Source of the DNA: Scenedesmus sp. PABB004 | Taxonomy: Eukaryota | Length of the DNA stretch: 64,000 nt | Direction: 5' to 3' | Assembly: GCA_014905635.1 (NCBI GenBank) | Contig: JABVCE010000015.1 | Span: 558,001 to 622,000 of the forward strand | Made by a program: the position numbers and the translations under genes | The notes under the pieces: generated by a model | Database searches by the model: none | What the model was told of the DNA's origin: nothing | What the model saw: only the letters and a program-made list of their open reading frames with translations | In this document: one piece after another, positions 10,764-24,572 of the stretch | Position numbering within the stretch: position 1 is the first letter of the stretch | How the letters are laid out: each line of letters begins with the position of its first letter

Positions 10764-13700
10764 TCACTTGCCGCCCGCGCCGCCGCCACCGCCGCCGGCG
10801 CTGGCCGACTTGAGCGAGAGCGTGGGGAACCACTTGTGCGCGCCGAACTCAAACTGCGGCGTCAGCTGCGGCGCGGCGCCGGCGCCGTCGCCGCCCGGCG
10901 CGGCCGCGGACGCGGCGCTGCGCGCGAGCAGCGCGGCGGCGAGGCCGTTGGTCGCCGCGACGCGCTCGAGCGGCGCGAGCTGCGCGAGCGCCTGCTTGCT
11001 CACGCCCCACGCCGCCGCCTGCGCCTTGATGAGCGCCGCCGCCTGCTGCACCTGCGGGGCGCGCGCGCGCGTGGGCGTGGGCGGGCAGCGGCGCGCCGCG
11101 CGCCGCGCGTCTCGTGCGCCCGCCCCCGCCCCCGCAGCCAGTCCCCGCCCCGCCACCGCCGCCGCCGCCGCAAGGGCACACACGCCTTGCGGAACGAGTC
11201 GGCCGCGAGCGCGAGCAGCTGCGCCGCGGTCACGCCGTCGGTGCTCGTGCTCGCCACAAACTGCTCGTAGCTCAGCGGGTCGGGGCGCTGCAGAGGGTTT
11301 GGGGTTCACGGCGGCCGGGGCAGGCGGGGGGCGGTCAGGCGGGCGGTGAGATGGGCCGCGCCATGCCGCGGCGGGCCAGGGCGCGGCACCACCGCGCGGC
11401 GCGCGCGCGCGCGCGCGTGCGCGTGCGGACGCGCGCTGCGCGCCTGCAGCGTCGTGAAGCTCGCAAAGCGCTGCTCGAAGCGCTGCGCCTCGGTGTTGAA
11501 CGGCAGCTCGGGCGGCGAGTACAGCCCCAGCAGCGGCAGCGCCATGACGACGCGCAGCACGCCGGTCGCGAGGTGGTGCAGCACCTCGAGCTGCAGCCCG
11601 GCCGCGAGCGACTCGGGCGTCGGCTTGCGCGGCGGCGGCGCCGGCGGCGCCGCCGCGCCGCGCGCGCCGCCGCCGCCGCCGTGCTTGCCGGCGGCGCCCT
11701 TGCCGCCCTTGGCCGGCAGGCGCGCGCCGGCGAGGCCCGCGCCCGCGCCGCCGCCGCCGCCGCCGCTGCCGCCCTTGCCCTTGGACACGGCGCCGCCCGG
11801 CGCCGCGACGAGCGCGGGCTGCTGCTCGCCGAGCTGCCGGCCCGCCTGCTGCCACGCCACGCACAGCACCTCGATGTACCTGCGCCGCGGGACGGCAAGG
11901 CGGGGCGGCGGCGGTGGGGCCGAGGGGTGAGCGCAGGCGCCGCGAGCAGCTCGCCGACCCAGCACCCGCGCGCCGGCGCCGCCCCCGCCGCCGCACGCGT
12001 CGCTGTCGCGTCGTGTCAAGTGCGCCGAAACAACGGCGACACGTGCGGCGGCGGGGACGGCGCGCGCCCGGGCCCGCCACGCCGCGCGGCGCTGCGCCGC
12101 CCCCCCCCCCCCCCCTCACACCCCGCACGCCCCCCTCGCAGAACCCACGCGCAACCCACGACCCTCCAACCCCCTTCCAACCGCCCGACGCCCTCGTTCA
12201 AACGCGAAAAGGCGCGCCCGCGAGGCACCACACGCGGGGCGGCGCACCAGAAGACCATCGCGTAGTCGGGCGGCTCGTACAGGTCCAGCTCAAAGCCCAT
12301 GCCCAGGTGGTGAACCATCCCGAAGCACGTCTCCGCCTCGACCCACGTCGCGAGCGGGCCCTGCGGCGCGGCGCGACGCGGCGCGGCGCGCGCCGCGGCT
12401 CGGCCCCCGCACGCCGCCGCGCCTCCGCGCCTCCGCGCCGCCGCGCCGCGCCCGGCGCGCCGCCGCCGCGAGCTGCGGCCGGGCGCCGCGCACGCCGCAC
12501 CGCGGCATCGGCCTCGTGCTCGTTCGCCCACGCCCAGCCGTGCGCGGTCATGTAGTCGCCAAACGCTGGGCTGCCGTCGGCGTTGAGGCCGTGCTGGTAG
12601 AGGTTTGCCCAGTCCTCGAGCCCCCGCCGCAGGCGGCGCCGGCAGCGCGAGCGGTTCATGAGCAGCGCCTGCACCATGTTGCCGGCCTGGCAGTCGGCAG
12701 GCGGCGGCCGCAGGCGCGGCGGCGGCGCGGCGGCGCGGCGGCGTGGCGCGGGGGCGAGGAGCGGGAGCGGGCGCGCGGCGGCGCGGCGGCGCGGGGGCGA
12801 GAGGAGCGCCGCGCAGCGCGGCAGCGCGGCGCGGAGGCGGCTGTGCGGTGCGGGCGGCTGCGAGCCGGCGCGCGCACGCACCGCAATGACGGCCTGCTCA
12901 ACAAACAGCTCGCCGTCGTCGCCCAGCGGCTCGTCCGGCGACAGCGACAGCGACGCGCGCAGCATGCGCGGCGAGAGCGTCCACGCCGGCACCGGCACGT
13001 CGGGCAGCGGCGGCGGCGGCGGCGGCTCGGCCGCGGCCGCGGCGCCGGCCTCGCCGCCGCCGGCGTCGTGCGCGGCGGCGCCGCCGTGCTGCACGGGCGG
13101 CGGCTGCAGCGCCGGCGGCAGCCACGCGTTGTAGGAGACCTGCGGGCGTGAGGGCAGGCCGCACCGTCTGAGCGGGCCGCAAGGCGCCGCGCGCGCGCGG
13201 CAGGCGCCGCCGCGACGCGCCGCCCCGGCCGCCGCCGCCGCCGCGCCTGGATGTGCAGCGCGGACCGCGACAGCGCGCAGGTGGGCTGAGCGCCAAAGGC
13301 CAGCAGGAACTCTTTGAGTGCGCGGTAGCTGGGCGGGCGGGGCGGGGCGGCAGTCACAACGACAGGAAACAGAGCAAGCAACGGCGCGCCGCCGCGGGCG
13401 CGCCGCCGCGGGCGCGCCGGCGGGGGACGCGCTGCCGCACCTGTTGACGGCGGTGACGCTGCACACGCGCAGCAGCTGGCCCAGCAGCGCCTCGTAGTAG
13501 TCCACCGCCCCCTCGCCGCTCAGCATCTGGCGGCGGCGGCGGCGCGCGCAGGTGCGTCGGCCGGTGCGCGGGCGCGCCGGCGGGCCGGCCGCGGCGGCGG
13601 TGGCGGCGGCGGCGGGGGCGGCGGCGGCGGTCGCGCGCGGCCGCCGCGCGCACCTTGACCACGCGCGGCGGCGCGGCGGGCACGAGGTGCGCGTTGATGT

Positions 13701-14934
13701 TCTCGTCCCAGCCGAGGCGCACGTGCGCGGCGCCGAGGCCGAGGCTCGCCCGCACCGCCGCGAGCTCGCCCTGCGCGCGCAGGAAGAGCTTCGCCGCCTG
13801 GTCCAGGTCCTGCCGGGCGGCGGCGGGGCGCGCAGGAGCGGGCGCGCCGAGGTGGGTCGCGGCGGGGCGCGTGCACGCCCAGCAGCGAGCGCGGGGCGCG
13901 CCGTGTGCCGCGCGCCTGCTTCTGGCGGCGCTTGAGCTTGACCAGGCCCTGCAGCAGCAGGCGCCGGAACTGCAGGCGCGCCGCGAGCGCCGCGCCCGCC
14001 GCGCCGCCCGCGTCGCGCTGCGCCGCGTCGGCGGCCGCCGTGATCGAGGCGAGGAGCTTGTCGCTCGCCGCCGCTGCGGCCGCCGCGGCCGCCGCGTCGG
14101 GCTGCGGCGCGTCGGCCGCGCCGGTCGCGGCCGCGCCCGTCGCGGTCACCGCGCGCTCGAGCGGCAGCCCGGCCACGTGGGCGTTGAAATCCTCCTCCTG
14201 CGGCGCGGGGCAGGGGGCGTCACACGTTGTTGTTACTGCTGTCGAACGACGCTCCCCCCGCGGCCGCGGACGTGGGAGGCGCGCCGTTCACGCCGCGGCG
14301 ACGGCGGCGGCCGCGGCCGCGCGCACGCACCTCGCACACGCAGCCGGTCATCACCAGGTGGTTGGCCTCCGCGGCCGCCGCCTCGACGGCGCGGCAGTAC
14401 GTCGCGAGCACCGGGTGCGCGGACGTGCGCTCCGGCTGCATCATATAGGCCGACGAGTAGACCGTGCGCGCCGCCGCGCCGCCGCAGTGCCACGTCGCCT
14501 CGGCGGCCAGCAGGCCGTCCATGACGCCCAGCAGCGCCTCCGGCGCCAGCTCCAGCTCCAGCGGCCGCTCCGCCAGCGGCCGCGCGTCGCCCTTGGGGCG
14601 CGCGCCTGCGGCGCGAGCACCGGCGGCGCGCCGCTCGGCGGCTGCCGTGCCGCGCGTGCGGGCGCCCGCCTGCCGTGTCACCGCTGCCAGTGGCGCCGCA
14701 CAATGCGCTGCCCGCCGCGCGTCTGGCGGCCGCGCAGCGCCGCGCCGGCGCCTGCATCGCGCGCGCCCGCCAGGCCGCGCCGGCGCGCGCACCGATGTCC
14801 ATCTTGGGGTTGCCGATCTCCACCGCGCTCATGGCCTCAAACAGACTGAACACGCTCGTGTGCACCATCTGGCCGACCTCCAGCTCGTCGCACGCCGCGG
14901 CCAGCAGGCCGCCCACGGGCTCCCAGCTCGCCAT
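10764..14934 (-). CDS. NAA35: N-alpha-acetyltransferase 35, NatC auxiliary subunit (MAK10), multi-exon
   Basis: ELEVGQMVHTSVFSLFEAMSAVEIGNPKMD, MDGLLAAEATWHCG..RTVYSSAY, NRSRCRRRL, LGMGFELDLYEPPDYAMVFW, QRFEQRFASF, FEFGAHKWFP. Confidence 0.92.
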
Positions 14935-15267
14935 GGCCGCCGCCCGGGCGCTCGCTGCGGTGAGAGCGAGCCCTGACAGACCCTCGTCGGCCTGGCGCGG
15001 CGTGGGGCACGCCGCTGCCGCTGCCAGACGGCGGCCGCCGCTGCCGGCGCCGGGTGCGCTGCTGCCGCGCGCGGTCGGCGGGGCGCCTGCCTGTTCGGGT
15101 GTGCCGCGATGCCAGCTGGGCTACTGAAGGCTAGCAACGTGCGAAGGGGGACAGGCGCCGCCACAAGCCGTCACGGGCGCCGTGGGTTAACGGCGGCTGA
15201 GCCCTACACGCAGCTGACCGACCCCGCACGCCTCGACACGCCGCCGCCGCCGCGCGTTCAGCTCAGC

Positions 15268-16151
15268 TCAGCCCGCCGCTGCGAGCGCGTCGCGCGCCTC
15301 GGCGGCCTCCGCCTCGAGGCTGTCCAGGAAGGCCGCGACGCGCAGCGGCGCGCTCGGGTGTGGCACGAGCGTCGCGGCGTGCTCGCTGATGGATGACAGT
15401 GGCCCGCTGCCGCAGCGCTCGGGACTCCAGCCCGCGGGGCTGGCGCCGCCCGGGCTGCTGCTGCCGCCGCGCGGGCTGCTGCCGCCGCTGCCGGCGGCGC
15501 CGCCGCCGCCGCTGCCGCAGCCCGCGCCGCCGACGCCGCCTGGCGGCGGCCGCGCCAGCCAGCCGCCCCACCACGCTTGCTGCTGCTGTTGCTGCTCCTG
15601 TTGCTGCTGCTGCTGCTGTTGCTGCTTCTGCGCCGGCGCCGCGGCCGCGGCCTGCTGCTCCTGCAGCCGCTGCAGCTGCGCGCGCAGCTGGTCCGCGCCC
15701 GCGCCGGCGGCGCAGTCGGCGCCCGCCGACCAGGGGCTGGCCACGCGCGGCGGGCTGGCCGCGCCGTTGGCGCTCTCTGCGGCCGCCGCCGCGGCCGCGA
15801 GCGCGGCGCCCACGTCGGCGTCGGCCGCGGCGCGCAGCGCGGCGAGCGTCGGCGCGGCGGCCTGCCACGCGCGCAGCGCGCGCAGCAGCTCCGCGTAGCC
15901 AAACTCGGGCCACAGGCAGCGCTCCCAGTGCAGCAGCGCGTGGCTGCTCTGCCAGAGGAGAAAGTCGGAGAGCCGCTGCTCCCCCGACGTCCGCACGAGC
16001 AGGTCCACGGGCGGGCTGTCGCCGGTGTGCATGAGCCGCAGCAGCAGCTCCGGGGTGACGTCGCCCGGCAGCAGCGCGCCGCGAGCCACGCCGCGCGCCG
16101 CCGCGCCGACGGCGTGCTGCAGCTCCTGCGTCGAGCTGCGGGCGACGGCGA

Positions 16152-16193
<42 letters not shown>

Positions 16194-17180
16194 TGGTGAG
16201 GGCGCGCAGCGCTGGCAGTGGGCTGCCCCTGCCCACACGCGTCGTCGCGTGCGGATGCCGCGTGCGCCGCCGGCCGCGCTGCGCGCGCCGGCTCACGTAT
16301 AGGCGAAGCAGACGTTGACGACCGCGGCCGTCGCGCCCTGCGCCTTGCTCTCTCGGACCAGCTGCGCCGCGACCGACTGCGCGCCGGCGCGGCGGCGTGC
16401 GCGGGCCGCGGTCGGGGCGCGGCGCGCGGCCGCCGGCGGGCGCGGCGCGCGGCTGGCGTGGCTGGCGGGCGCGGTGCGTGCGGGACGCACCTGGATGGGC
16501 AGCGGCGCGTGCGAGGTGTCGCCCACGACGCGCACGTCGGTCCTCCACGACGCCACGCCGCCGGCGTCGCGCGAGACGACCTGCGGCCGGCCGGCGGCCC
16601 GGCACGGGCGGGCGTCGCCGCGAGCTCCTGCGCGGGCGGGCGTCGCCGCCCGCCCCGCGCGCCGCCGCCGCCGGCCCCGCGTGCCGCCGCCGCCGCGCGC
16701 GGCGCCGCGCCGCGCCTCGCGCAGCTCCTCAAACTTCTCCGCCGCGAGGGCCATGAGCGCGTCGACCTCGGCCGGCGGGCGGCGGAAGTTGTCGATCGAA
16801 AAGGCGTAGAGCGAGACGGTCGCCACGCCGAGCTCGAGGCACCACTCGATGATCTCCCGCATCTGGATGTGGTGTGCGTGTGCGTTTGTGTGTTGCGGGC
16901 GGCGGCGTGGTGGCGCTCGAGCGCGTGCGCGCGGTTCAAGCGGCGCCGCCCGGCGCCGCCCGGCGCCGCGGGCCGAGCCGGCGTGCGGCGGCAGCGGGCG
17001 CGGCGGACGCGGCGGGTGCTTCGCGCGCCTTCGCGTAGCCCTCGCGGTGCCCCTCGATGCGCGGCAGCGCCGGCCGTCGGCGAAGCGGCGGTTGCCGTCC
17101 ATCACGAACGCGACGTGCGCCGGCATCGCCGCCGACCGCGAGAGCAGCAGCGCGAGCGCGCGCCGCGCCGCGTCGCGCAT
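15268..17180 (-). CDS. cis-prenyltransferase (dehydrodolichyl diphosphate synthase-like), multi-exon
   Basis: [78 protein letters not shown]; apparent frameshift near 17070. Confidence 0.9.
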
Positions 17181-17589
17181 GGCGGCGCCGGCGGCTGCAG
17201 GTATGAGGATGCGGCCTGGACGCGCGGTGTGTGGGCGGGGGAAGCGCCGCGGCGGGACTGGGTCCTGAGCGGCAGCGGCGGCCGGTGCCGCAGCGCCGGC
17301 AGCGGCAGCGCCGGGCGCGAGCTGGGGCGCGGCTGCTGCTGGTGCAGGGAGAGCTTCGCTGGCGCACTGCCGGACGGTGGGGATCGCCCAAGTTCAGTCG
17401 TGCTCAAATGCATGCGTTTTGGGGCTCTGGCTCGGTTGCATGGGCGCCCGCAGCGCTGCCTGCCTGCCCCCGCCTCCTCCTCCCGCCCCCCGCAGAGTTC
17501 GAGAGACCCCGCACGCTCCGCTCAGCAGCGCAGCCCGCTTCCGCGGGCAGCACACGCGCACGGCAGCAGCTCGGGAGCTCGCGAGCGCC

Positions 17590-18952
17590 ATGCGCGCGCA
17601 GGCGACGCGGGCGCGCCATGCGGGCGACGTCCGGAAGCAGGGCGGCCCCGTGGCCACCGTGTCCGCGCGCGCACGGGCGCTGCGGAGCGGCGGGCGCGCG
17701 GTGGTTGCGGCGGCGAACGGGCGCGCGGCGGAGCCGTCCTGGCGGTCGCTGAGAATGCTCCCGGGCGGCGCCTGGTTCATGGCCTCCGACGACCTCGACC
17801 TCGGCGCGCCCGTGTACGGCGACAGCTTCGTCATGCAGCCCCGCCCGGGCGCGGGCGGGGGTCGGCCCGGCGGCGCGGCGCAGCAGCGCGGCCTCGTGCG
17901 CGCGCCGCCGCGCGGCGTCGCGGTGCGGCCGCCGCCGGCGCGCGCGGAGCTGGTGCCGGCGGAGGAGATCGAGGTCTCGATCGTCGTGCTGCCGCTGGAG
18001 GGGCCGTGCCGCGGCATCGTGCCGTTCCGCTCGCTGCTCGCGGGCGCGCCTGACCCGCTCGCCGACGCGGCGGCCGCGGCGGCGGCGCAGGGCGCGGACT
18101 GCACCGCAATCGTGCCCGCCGACCCGGGCGCGATGCTCGGCGCGGTGCTCGGCTCGGCCGTGCGCCGCGGCGGCGACGGCCTCGACCTGCCGCTGGTGCG
18201 GCGCGCCGGCGGCGGCGGCGGTGGCGGCGGCGGCAGTGGCGGTGAGGGCGGCCCGTGTGCTCGACAGCGACCGACGCGCCGCCGCCGCCGCCGCCGCCAC
18301 TGCCTGGCGCGCCGCAGAACGATGACAGCGTGTACGAGACGTTCAACTCCAAGCACCCGCGCCGCACCATGAAGGCGCGCGCCGCGCCGCGCCGCGCCGC
18401 GCGCGCGAGGCAGGCCGCGGCCGCAGCGGGAGAGACTGCGCCGCGCGACGCCGCTGAGCGCGCCTTGCGCCCTGCACCGCGCAGATCAAGTTCACGTGCC
18501 AGCGCTGCGGCGCGACGACGATCAAGCCGATCAACCCCCACGCCTGGACCAAGGGCACCGTGTTTGCCAAGTGCGCGCGCCGCCCCCTCGCCGCGCCGCG
18601 CCGCACCACGCGCCCCTCCCTCCTGCCTGACTCACACTCGCGCTCCCCCGCTCCTCCCCTCCTCCCTGCATGCGCGCCGCGCAGGTGCGGGCGCTGCGCG
18701 GTGACGCACAAGCTCGTCGACAACCTGCGCCTCTTCCACGAGCTCAGCGGCCCGGTCTTCGACGGCCCCGCGGCGCCGCGCGGCGGCGCGCTGCCCGGCG
18801 CCGCCGCCGGCGCGGAGCGGCAGGGGCAGGGGCAGCAGCAGCAGCCGCTGGGTTTTGAGTACGACGCCGCGGGGCAGCCGATCCTGCCCGAGGCGCTGCG
18901 CTGGCGGCCGCCGCCGGGCTTCCCCGGCGGCGACGCGAGCCGCCTCAACTGA
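17590..18952 (+). CDS. DNL-type zinc finger protein (Zim17/HEP-like Hsp70 escort), probably organelle-targeted
   Basis: HPRRTMK/IKFTCQRCGATTIKPINPHAWTKGTVFAK/CGRCAVTHKLVDNL: two CxxC pairs plus the DNL motif. Confidence 0.85.
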
Positions 18953-19613
18953 GCGCCCACCGGGGCCGGGGGCCGGGGCTGGGGCCGCATGCGCGCCGGG
19001 CGCGCGCCGCCGCCGCGACGGGAGGGAGGCGCGACCGGGGGCCGGCCATGGGGGGAGGGTAGGGGTGCGCCGTGTGGGCGCGCGGTGTCGTTGGAGGTCG
19101 CCTCGCACCGCGCGCCCACTCGAGCGCACCCTGCTGCGGCGTGGGTCATCCTGATGTGCCCTTGCTCTCTCTCGCCTGTGTACCACCAACGCGCCGCGCC
19201 CGCCGCCGGCGGCCGGCGCGCACACCTGTAGCACCACGCTGCCCCTGCACTCTCCACGTTTCGTCGGTCGCGAGCGCACTGCCCACTGTCCACTGTCGTG
19301 TCCCTGCGTGCTCAGGTGGGGGGCGTGTGCCTGCCAGCCCGCGAGCCGCCGCGGCGCCTGTACTACCAAGCCGCTTGTACTCATGTTGTGTGTTGTTGTC
19401 GCCGCTCACGCGCGACGCGCGGCGCCGCGGCGGCGGCGCGCGGCAACCGTCGTGTCCGCGGCGGCGCGCCGCGCTTCTGTCGGGCGCTTCAGCCCCGCGC
19501 GGCTGAGCCCCGCTGCCGCCGTGACAGCCAGGCCCCCTCGCCCACGCCCCAGCGCCCCACGCCCGCAGCAATCCCCGCGGCGAGCGCCGGATCAGCAGCA
19601 GCAGCGGGCAGCG

Positions 19614-20877
19614 ATGCTCTCGCTGGCGCCGCCCGCCGCGCGCGGCGCCGCCGCCAGGTGCCCTGCGCCTGCGCCCGCCTCCCGGGCGCTGGTCGCGGTG
19701 CCCGCGCGCCCCTGGCGCGGCGCCCCGGCGCTGCCCGGCGCCCCAGGCGCGCGCGTGCTGCTGGCGCGCGGCAAGGGCCGGGACGACGTCGGCAAGGAGC
19801 TGGAGCTCACGCAAAAGGCGCGCACCGCGCCGACCGCGCGCGGGCGGGGCGCGGCGCGCGCGCCTGGCTCACGGCGCCGCCCGGCGGCGCCGTCGCCGCC
19901 GCCGCTGCTGCCGCAGACGCTCGACCGCGTGCTCGCGGCGCTGCAGGCGGCGCAGCCGCCGCCGGCCCCGGCGCAGGACGGCGGCCTGGCGGGCAGGGAG
20001 CAGCAGCTGTGGGACCGCCAGGTCGAGATCGTGGACCGCATGCAGCGCCAGTGGGACGCGGAGCGCCAGGTGCGCGCAGGCCGCGCCGCGCAGAGGCGCA
20101 GGCCCGAGCGCAAGGAGCAGCGCGCGCTGACGCCCGCCGACCGCCGCCGCCACCGCCGCCGCCGCAGACGTGGCTGGAGCGCGAGCGCGCGCTGCTCGCG
20201 GAGCTGGCGGCGCTGCGCGCGGAGCTGCTGCAGGCGGTGCTTGCGGCGCGGCAGGCGCCCGGCGCCGCGCCGTCCGCCGCGTCGCGCAGCCCGGCCGCCC
20301 CCGACGACGGCGCGGCGTCCGCGCCGCAGGGGGCCGGCTCCGACGGCCCCCAGCAAGGTGGGGCGCGCGCGCGCGGGCCGCGCCTGCCGCCAGCCGCTGC
20401 ACAAACACCTGGCGCACACGAGCGCGCCCGCCCGCCCGCGTGTGCAGCCACCATCTCCGGTCCCAGCCCCGCCTCTGGCGCCGTCGCTGCCGCGATCCGG
20501 GCGGTCCGCGACGCCGGCATCGACGACACGGCGGCGGCGGCGGCCGCCGCGCCGGCCGCGCCGCCGCCCACCAGCAGCGGTGCGGGGCCGGGGCGCGCGC
20601 CCCGGGCGGCCGCGCCGCGCGGCGGGCGGGGCGGGGCCGCCGTCGCGCTCACGCCGCCGCCGCCGCCGCCGCCGCCGCGCAGGCCGCGGCGAGGCGTGGC
20701 AGGATCTATTCGAGGCGATCCCCGGCGGGACCGCGCCGAGGGACGGCGCCGGCGGCGCCGCAGCACCGCGCGCGACAGCGTCGCCGCGGCGCTCGCGGCG
20801 GTGGAGCAGGGCGACGTCCTCTCCGGCAGCTTCGACCTGAGCTACGGCTCCGCCGGCGCGCGGCGGCGGCGCGGCTC

Positions 20878-20915
<38 letters not shown>

Positions 20916-22007
20916 CCAGCACCAGCAGCAGCAGCGACGCTGGCAGCGGCGGCGCCGCCGCCGCCGCGCAGTCGCCGCCCGCGGCCGCGCCCGCGGCGCC
21001 CGCGGCGCCCGCACCGGCCGTCGAGACGCGCCGCGGCGACCCGGGCGGCCAGCCGCCGGTGCTGTCGCTGGGGGACGACGACATTTTCTGGGTCTCGAGG
21101 CTCCACGCTGGGCTCATGGGCGCGGGGTACTACCCCTCTGACGACGAGGTCGAGTCGTGGCTCTTCGGCGAGGGCACCCAGGCCGCGCTGCTCACGTACC
21201 AGGCCTGCAGCGGCGTGCCCGAGACGGGTGCGGGGGTTGTGAGCGCGCGCGGCGGGGGCGCGCCGCGCTGCGCCGCGCTGCGCGCGGCGGTGGCCGACGA
21301 CCGCCGCCGCCGCAGGCACTGCGTGCGAGGCGACGTGGCGCGCGCTGCTTGGCGACGCGTACGACGACGCCGGCAGCGGCAGCGGCAGCGGCGCGGAGGA
21401 GGGCGCGCCTGCGCCCTCGGGTGACGGCGCTGCGGCCGGCGCCGCGCCGGCGGCCGTGGCAGTGGTGGCGACGGGGGAGGCTGTGACGTACAGCTTTGCC
21501 GATGGCGGCGGCGGCGGTGCGGGTGCGGGTGCTGGCGCCGGCGAGGCGCGGTGGCCGGTGCTGATGGACACCGACGGCGGGCGCGAGGTGCACGCGCTGC
21601 AGGTGCGCCGCGCTCCGCACGGGGGCGCGCGCGGCCCCGAGGGCGGGGCCGGGCCCCGCGCGCGAGGCGCGCGCGCGCCGGCGCCGACCCGTGCGGCGGC
21701 GCGCCGCGCGCAGATCGCGCTGGCGCGCGCGGGCTACAACTGCGGTGACGACGAGATGCTCTGGTGGCAGTTTGGGTCGGGCACGCTCGACGCGCTCAAG
21801 ACCTTCCAGGCGTGCGCGGGGCTGCCCGAGAGCGGCGTCACCGACGAGCGCACGTGGCGCGCGCTGCTCGGGCCCGACGCGCGCCCGGCCGACCTGGAGG
21901 CCGTGCGCGGCGACGAGAGCATGTATGAGGACGACATGTCGGCGCCGCACGAGGGCGCGGTCTGGCTGCTCGGCGAGCAGCGCTGGAGCCGGCCCGGCGG
22001 CGCGTGA
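19614..22007 (+). CDS. pTAC5-like plastid protein: coiled coil plus two peptidoglycan-binding-like domains
   Basis: Transit-peptide-like N-terminus; coiled coil QRQWDAERQTWLERERALLAEL; two PG_binding_1-like repeats (FGEGTQAALLTYQACSGVPETG; FGSGTLDALKTFQACAGLPESG); C-terminal VWLLGEQRW. Confidence 0.75.
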
Positions 22008-22113
22008 GCGCGCGCATGCGCGAGGGCGCGGGGGAGCGAGCGCGGGCGAGCGCGGGCGGCGCCGGGCCACGACGTTAACCAACGGCGCCGCAGCTGCGCC
22101 CGCGCGCACAGCG

Positions 22114-22453
22114 TCAGGCCTCGCCGCCCGGCCGCCGCTCGCCGCTGGCGCCGCCGGGTGCCTCGGCTGCCAGGGGCAGGTACCACTCAGGGCCGAAGCC
22201 AGCCCGCACCCGCGCATCGTCGTTGAACGGCGGCTGCGGCCGGGGCGCGCGCGCGCAGGCGGGCGACTGAGTTTGCGCGCGCGGCGGACGAGCTGCGCCA
22301 GCACGTGCGGTCTGCCGCCGCGCAAAGGGCGGCATGGCCCCAGGGGTGTGGGCCGGCGGCAGCGCACCTTGAGGCTGCCCCTGAAGTGGCGGCGGATGAG
22401 GGCGTGGAACCACGACTCCACGGTGCTGTGCGCTGCCGCGTCCGCCGCCCAGG

Positions 22454-22536
<83 letters not shown>

Positions 22537-24053
22537 GGCGCCGCGACCGGCTGCGCCGCCTCCGGCTGCGCAGGGCCGCCCCAGCCAGCTGCCGCACCCA
22601 GCTCCGCCTGCTGCGCCTGCTGCGCCTGCTGCGCCTGCTGCGCCAGCGCCTGCTGGTGCAGGAAGCGCAGCCAGCGCACGCCCGCGGCGCAGTGGCTGAT
22701 CTCCTCCTGCGACGACGGGGCAGCGAGCGCGGCGCGCCCGGCGCGCCGCGTCGGCCGCGCCGCCGCCGCGTCGACCGCGCCGCCGCCGCGTCGACCGCGC
22801 CGCCGCGGCGCGCGGCTGCTGCGCTACGCGTGCTGCGCGTGCTGTGGGGGCGCGCGGCCTCGCCTGATAGATCACCTCCTCCAGCAGGGCGGCCGTCTCG
22901 GCGTCGCCGTTGCTCCTGCGCGCGGCGCGGCGCGTGCCCGCCAGGCCTCGTTCGCTCGCCGGCGGCGGCGCGCCGACGCCGGGCGCTCCCCGGCCGGCGC
23001 CGCGCCGCGCCGCACCTGAACTTGTGCACCGTGCTCGGCAGCACGTCCAGCCCGCGCGCCTCGTGGACGCAGTGCTCAACGGCCAGCCGCGCCGGCAGGC
23101 TGTGCGCGGTCGCCGCCGCCGACTCCCACAGCCTGCGCCCGCGCGGCGCGGCGCGGCGCGGCGCGCTCGCAGCCTAGGCGCGGCGCGGCGCGGCGGGGCG
23201 CCGCGCCACGTTTGCGTGCGGGCATGGCCGCACCCGTCGTGAGCCGGCAGCGCGCCGTAGCGGCTGCCCAGCGCCTCCAGCCTCGCCGCGAGGCTGCAGA
23301 AGTGTGAGCACTCGTCCGCGGCAACCTGCGGCGGACGGCGGCGGGGCTCGGCTGCGCGCGGCGGCGGGGGCAGGCGCTGCTCCGGCGAGCCCCGGCGCGC
23401 CCTGCCTGGCAGACAACACCTGCACGAAGTCGTCAAAAAACTCCCGGGGCAGGTCGTGGGCGGGGTCTGAGCCCCAGCGAGCAATGATGTCCCTGCGGCC
23501 GGCCGCGCGCGGCGGTCAGCGGCCGGCACGCGGCGGCGCGCGGCGGCTTTCTTGGCCGGCACGGGGGCGGGGGGGGGGGGGGGGGGGGGGCGCCGCGCAC
23601 GGCGCCCGGGCGCGGGCGCGCTGCCGCGCACCAGCTGAGATCGATCGCCCAGCTCTCAATGTGCGCCAGGCTGCGGCCGGCAGCGGCGCGCGGCGTCGGC
23701 GGGCGGCGCGCGGCGCGCGGGCAGCGAGCTGGGCCGCGCGGGCGCGCCGCGGCGACGCGCCTGTGCAGCAGCGCCTGGCGCGACGCCAGCGTGCCGCCCT
23801 TGCCGAGGCGGTGCATCTTGCCCGGCGCGACGAGCGCGACCACGTCGTCCGCGCGCGCCGGCCGCGCCGGCACCGCGCCCGCCTCGCCCGGCGCGCTGCG
23901 CACGTCCGCGATGCCGCCGCTCCGCCAGAGCGCCACCGCGGCCTGAGTGAACTCCGACTTTCTCCACGGGTCGGGCTGGCACAAAACCTTGATCGCGGCG
24001 GCGACGAGAGAGTCGCCCGCCACGGGCGGCCCGTCAAACGCGCCGCCGCTCAT
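22114..24053 (-). CDS. DUF455 family ferritin-like protein, multi-exon
   Basis: SRQALLHSLAHIESWAIDLSWD, FFDDFVQVAADECSHF, YGALPAHDGLW, RLAVEHCVHEARGLD, EEISHCAAGVRW, PPFNDDARVRAGF. Confidence 0.88.
22455..22533 (-). repeat. (CAG)n coding polyglutamine tract in the DUF455 gene
   Basis: About 26 uninterrupted CTG units on the + strand, in frame as poly-Q. Confidence 0.9.
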
Positions 24054-24572
24054 GGCGGCGGCGGCGGCGGCTGCTCGAGCGGCGGCGCCAGCGGCGGCGG
24101 CTGCGTCGCTCGGCAGCGGCGGCAGCGGCGGGCCGCAGCGGCAGCAGGCTGCGGTGGGCAGGCCTGTGAGAAGCGGGAGGGAGTGACTGCTCGGCGGCGT
24201 CCAGGGCGAGACTGTGCAATGGGCGGCGGTGCTTTTCAACAGGCGGCGCAACTGTTCTGCGAACCCTGTTAACCTGCCTGCGCCCGCTCGCTCGCCGCAC
24301 CCCTTGCGACGGGTATTCCACGACTCGACGCAGCCCGGCGTGAGCAGCGGGGGAGCGCCAGGGGCGGCGAGCGCAGCAGCGCGCGGCGCCGGCACTGCGA
24401 GCGGGCGCGCCGCCGCCGCCCTGCGCCGTGCTCGCTGACCGGTTGCTGGAGCGGCTCGTCCATCGTCAGCGGCCAGGGGTTGGCTCCCGCCCGCCTGCGC
24501 GCGCGGCGCGCGACAGCAGCGGTCGCGTGCGCCAAACACCACCAGCCGCGGCGGCGGCAGCGGCGGGCAGCC

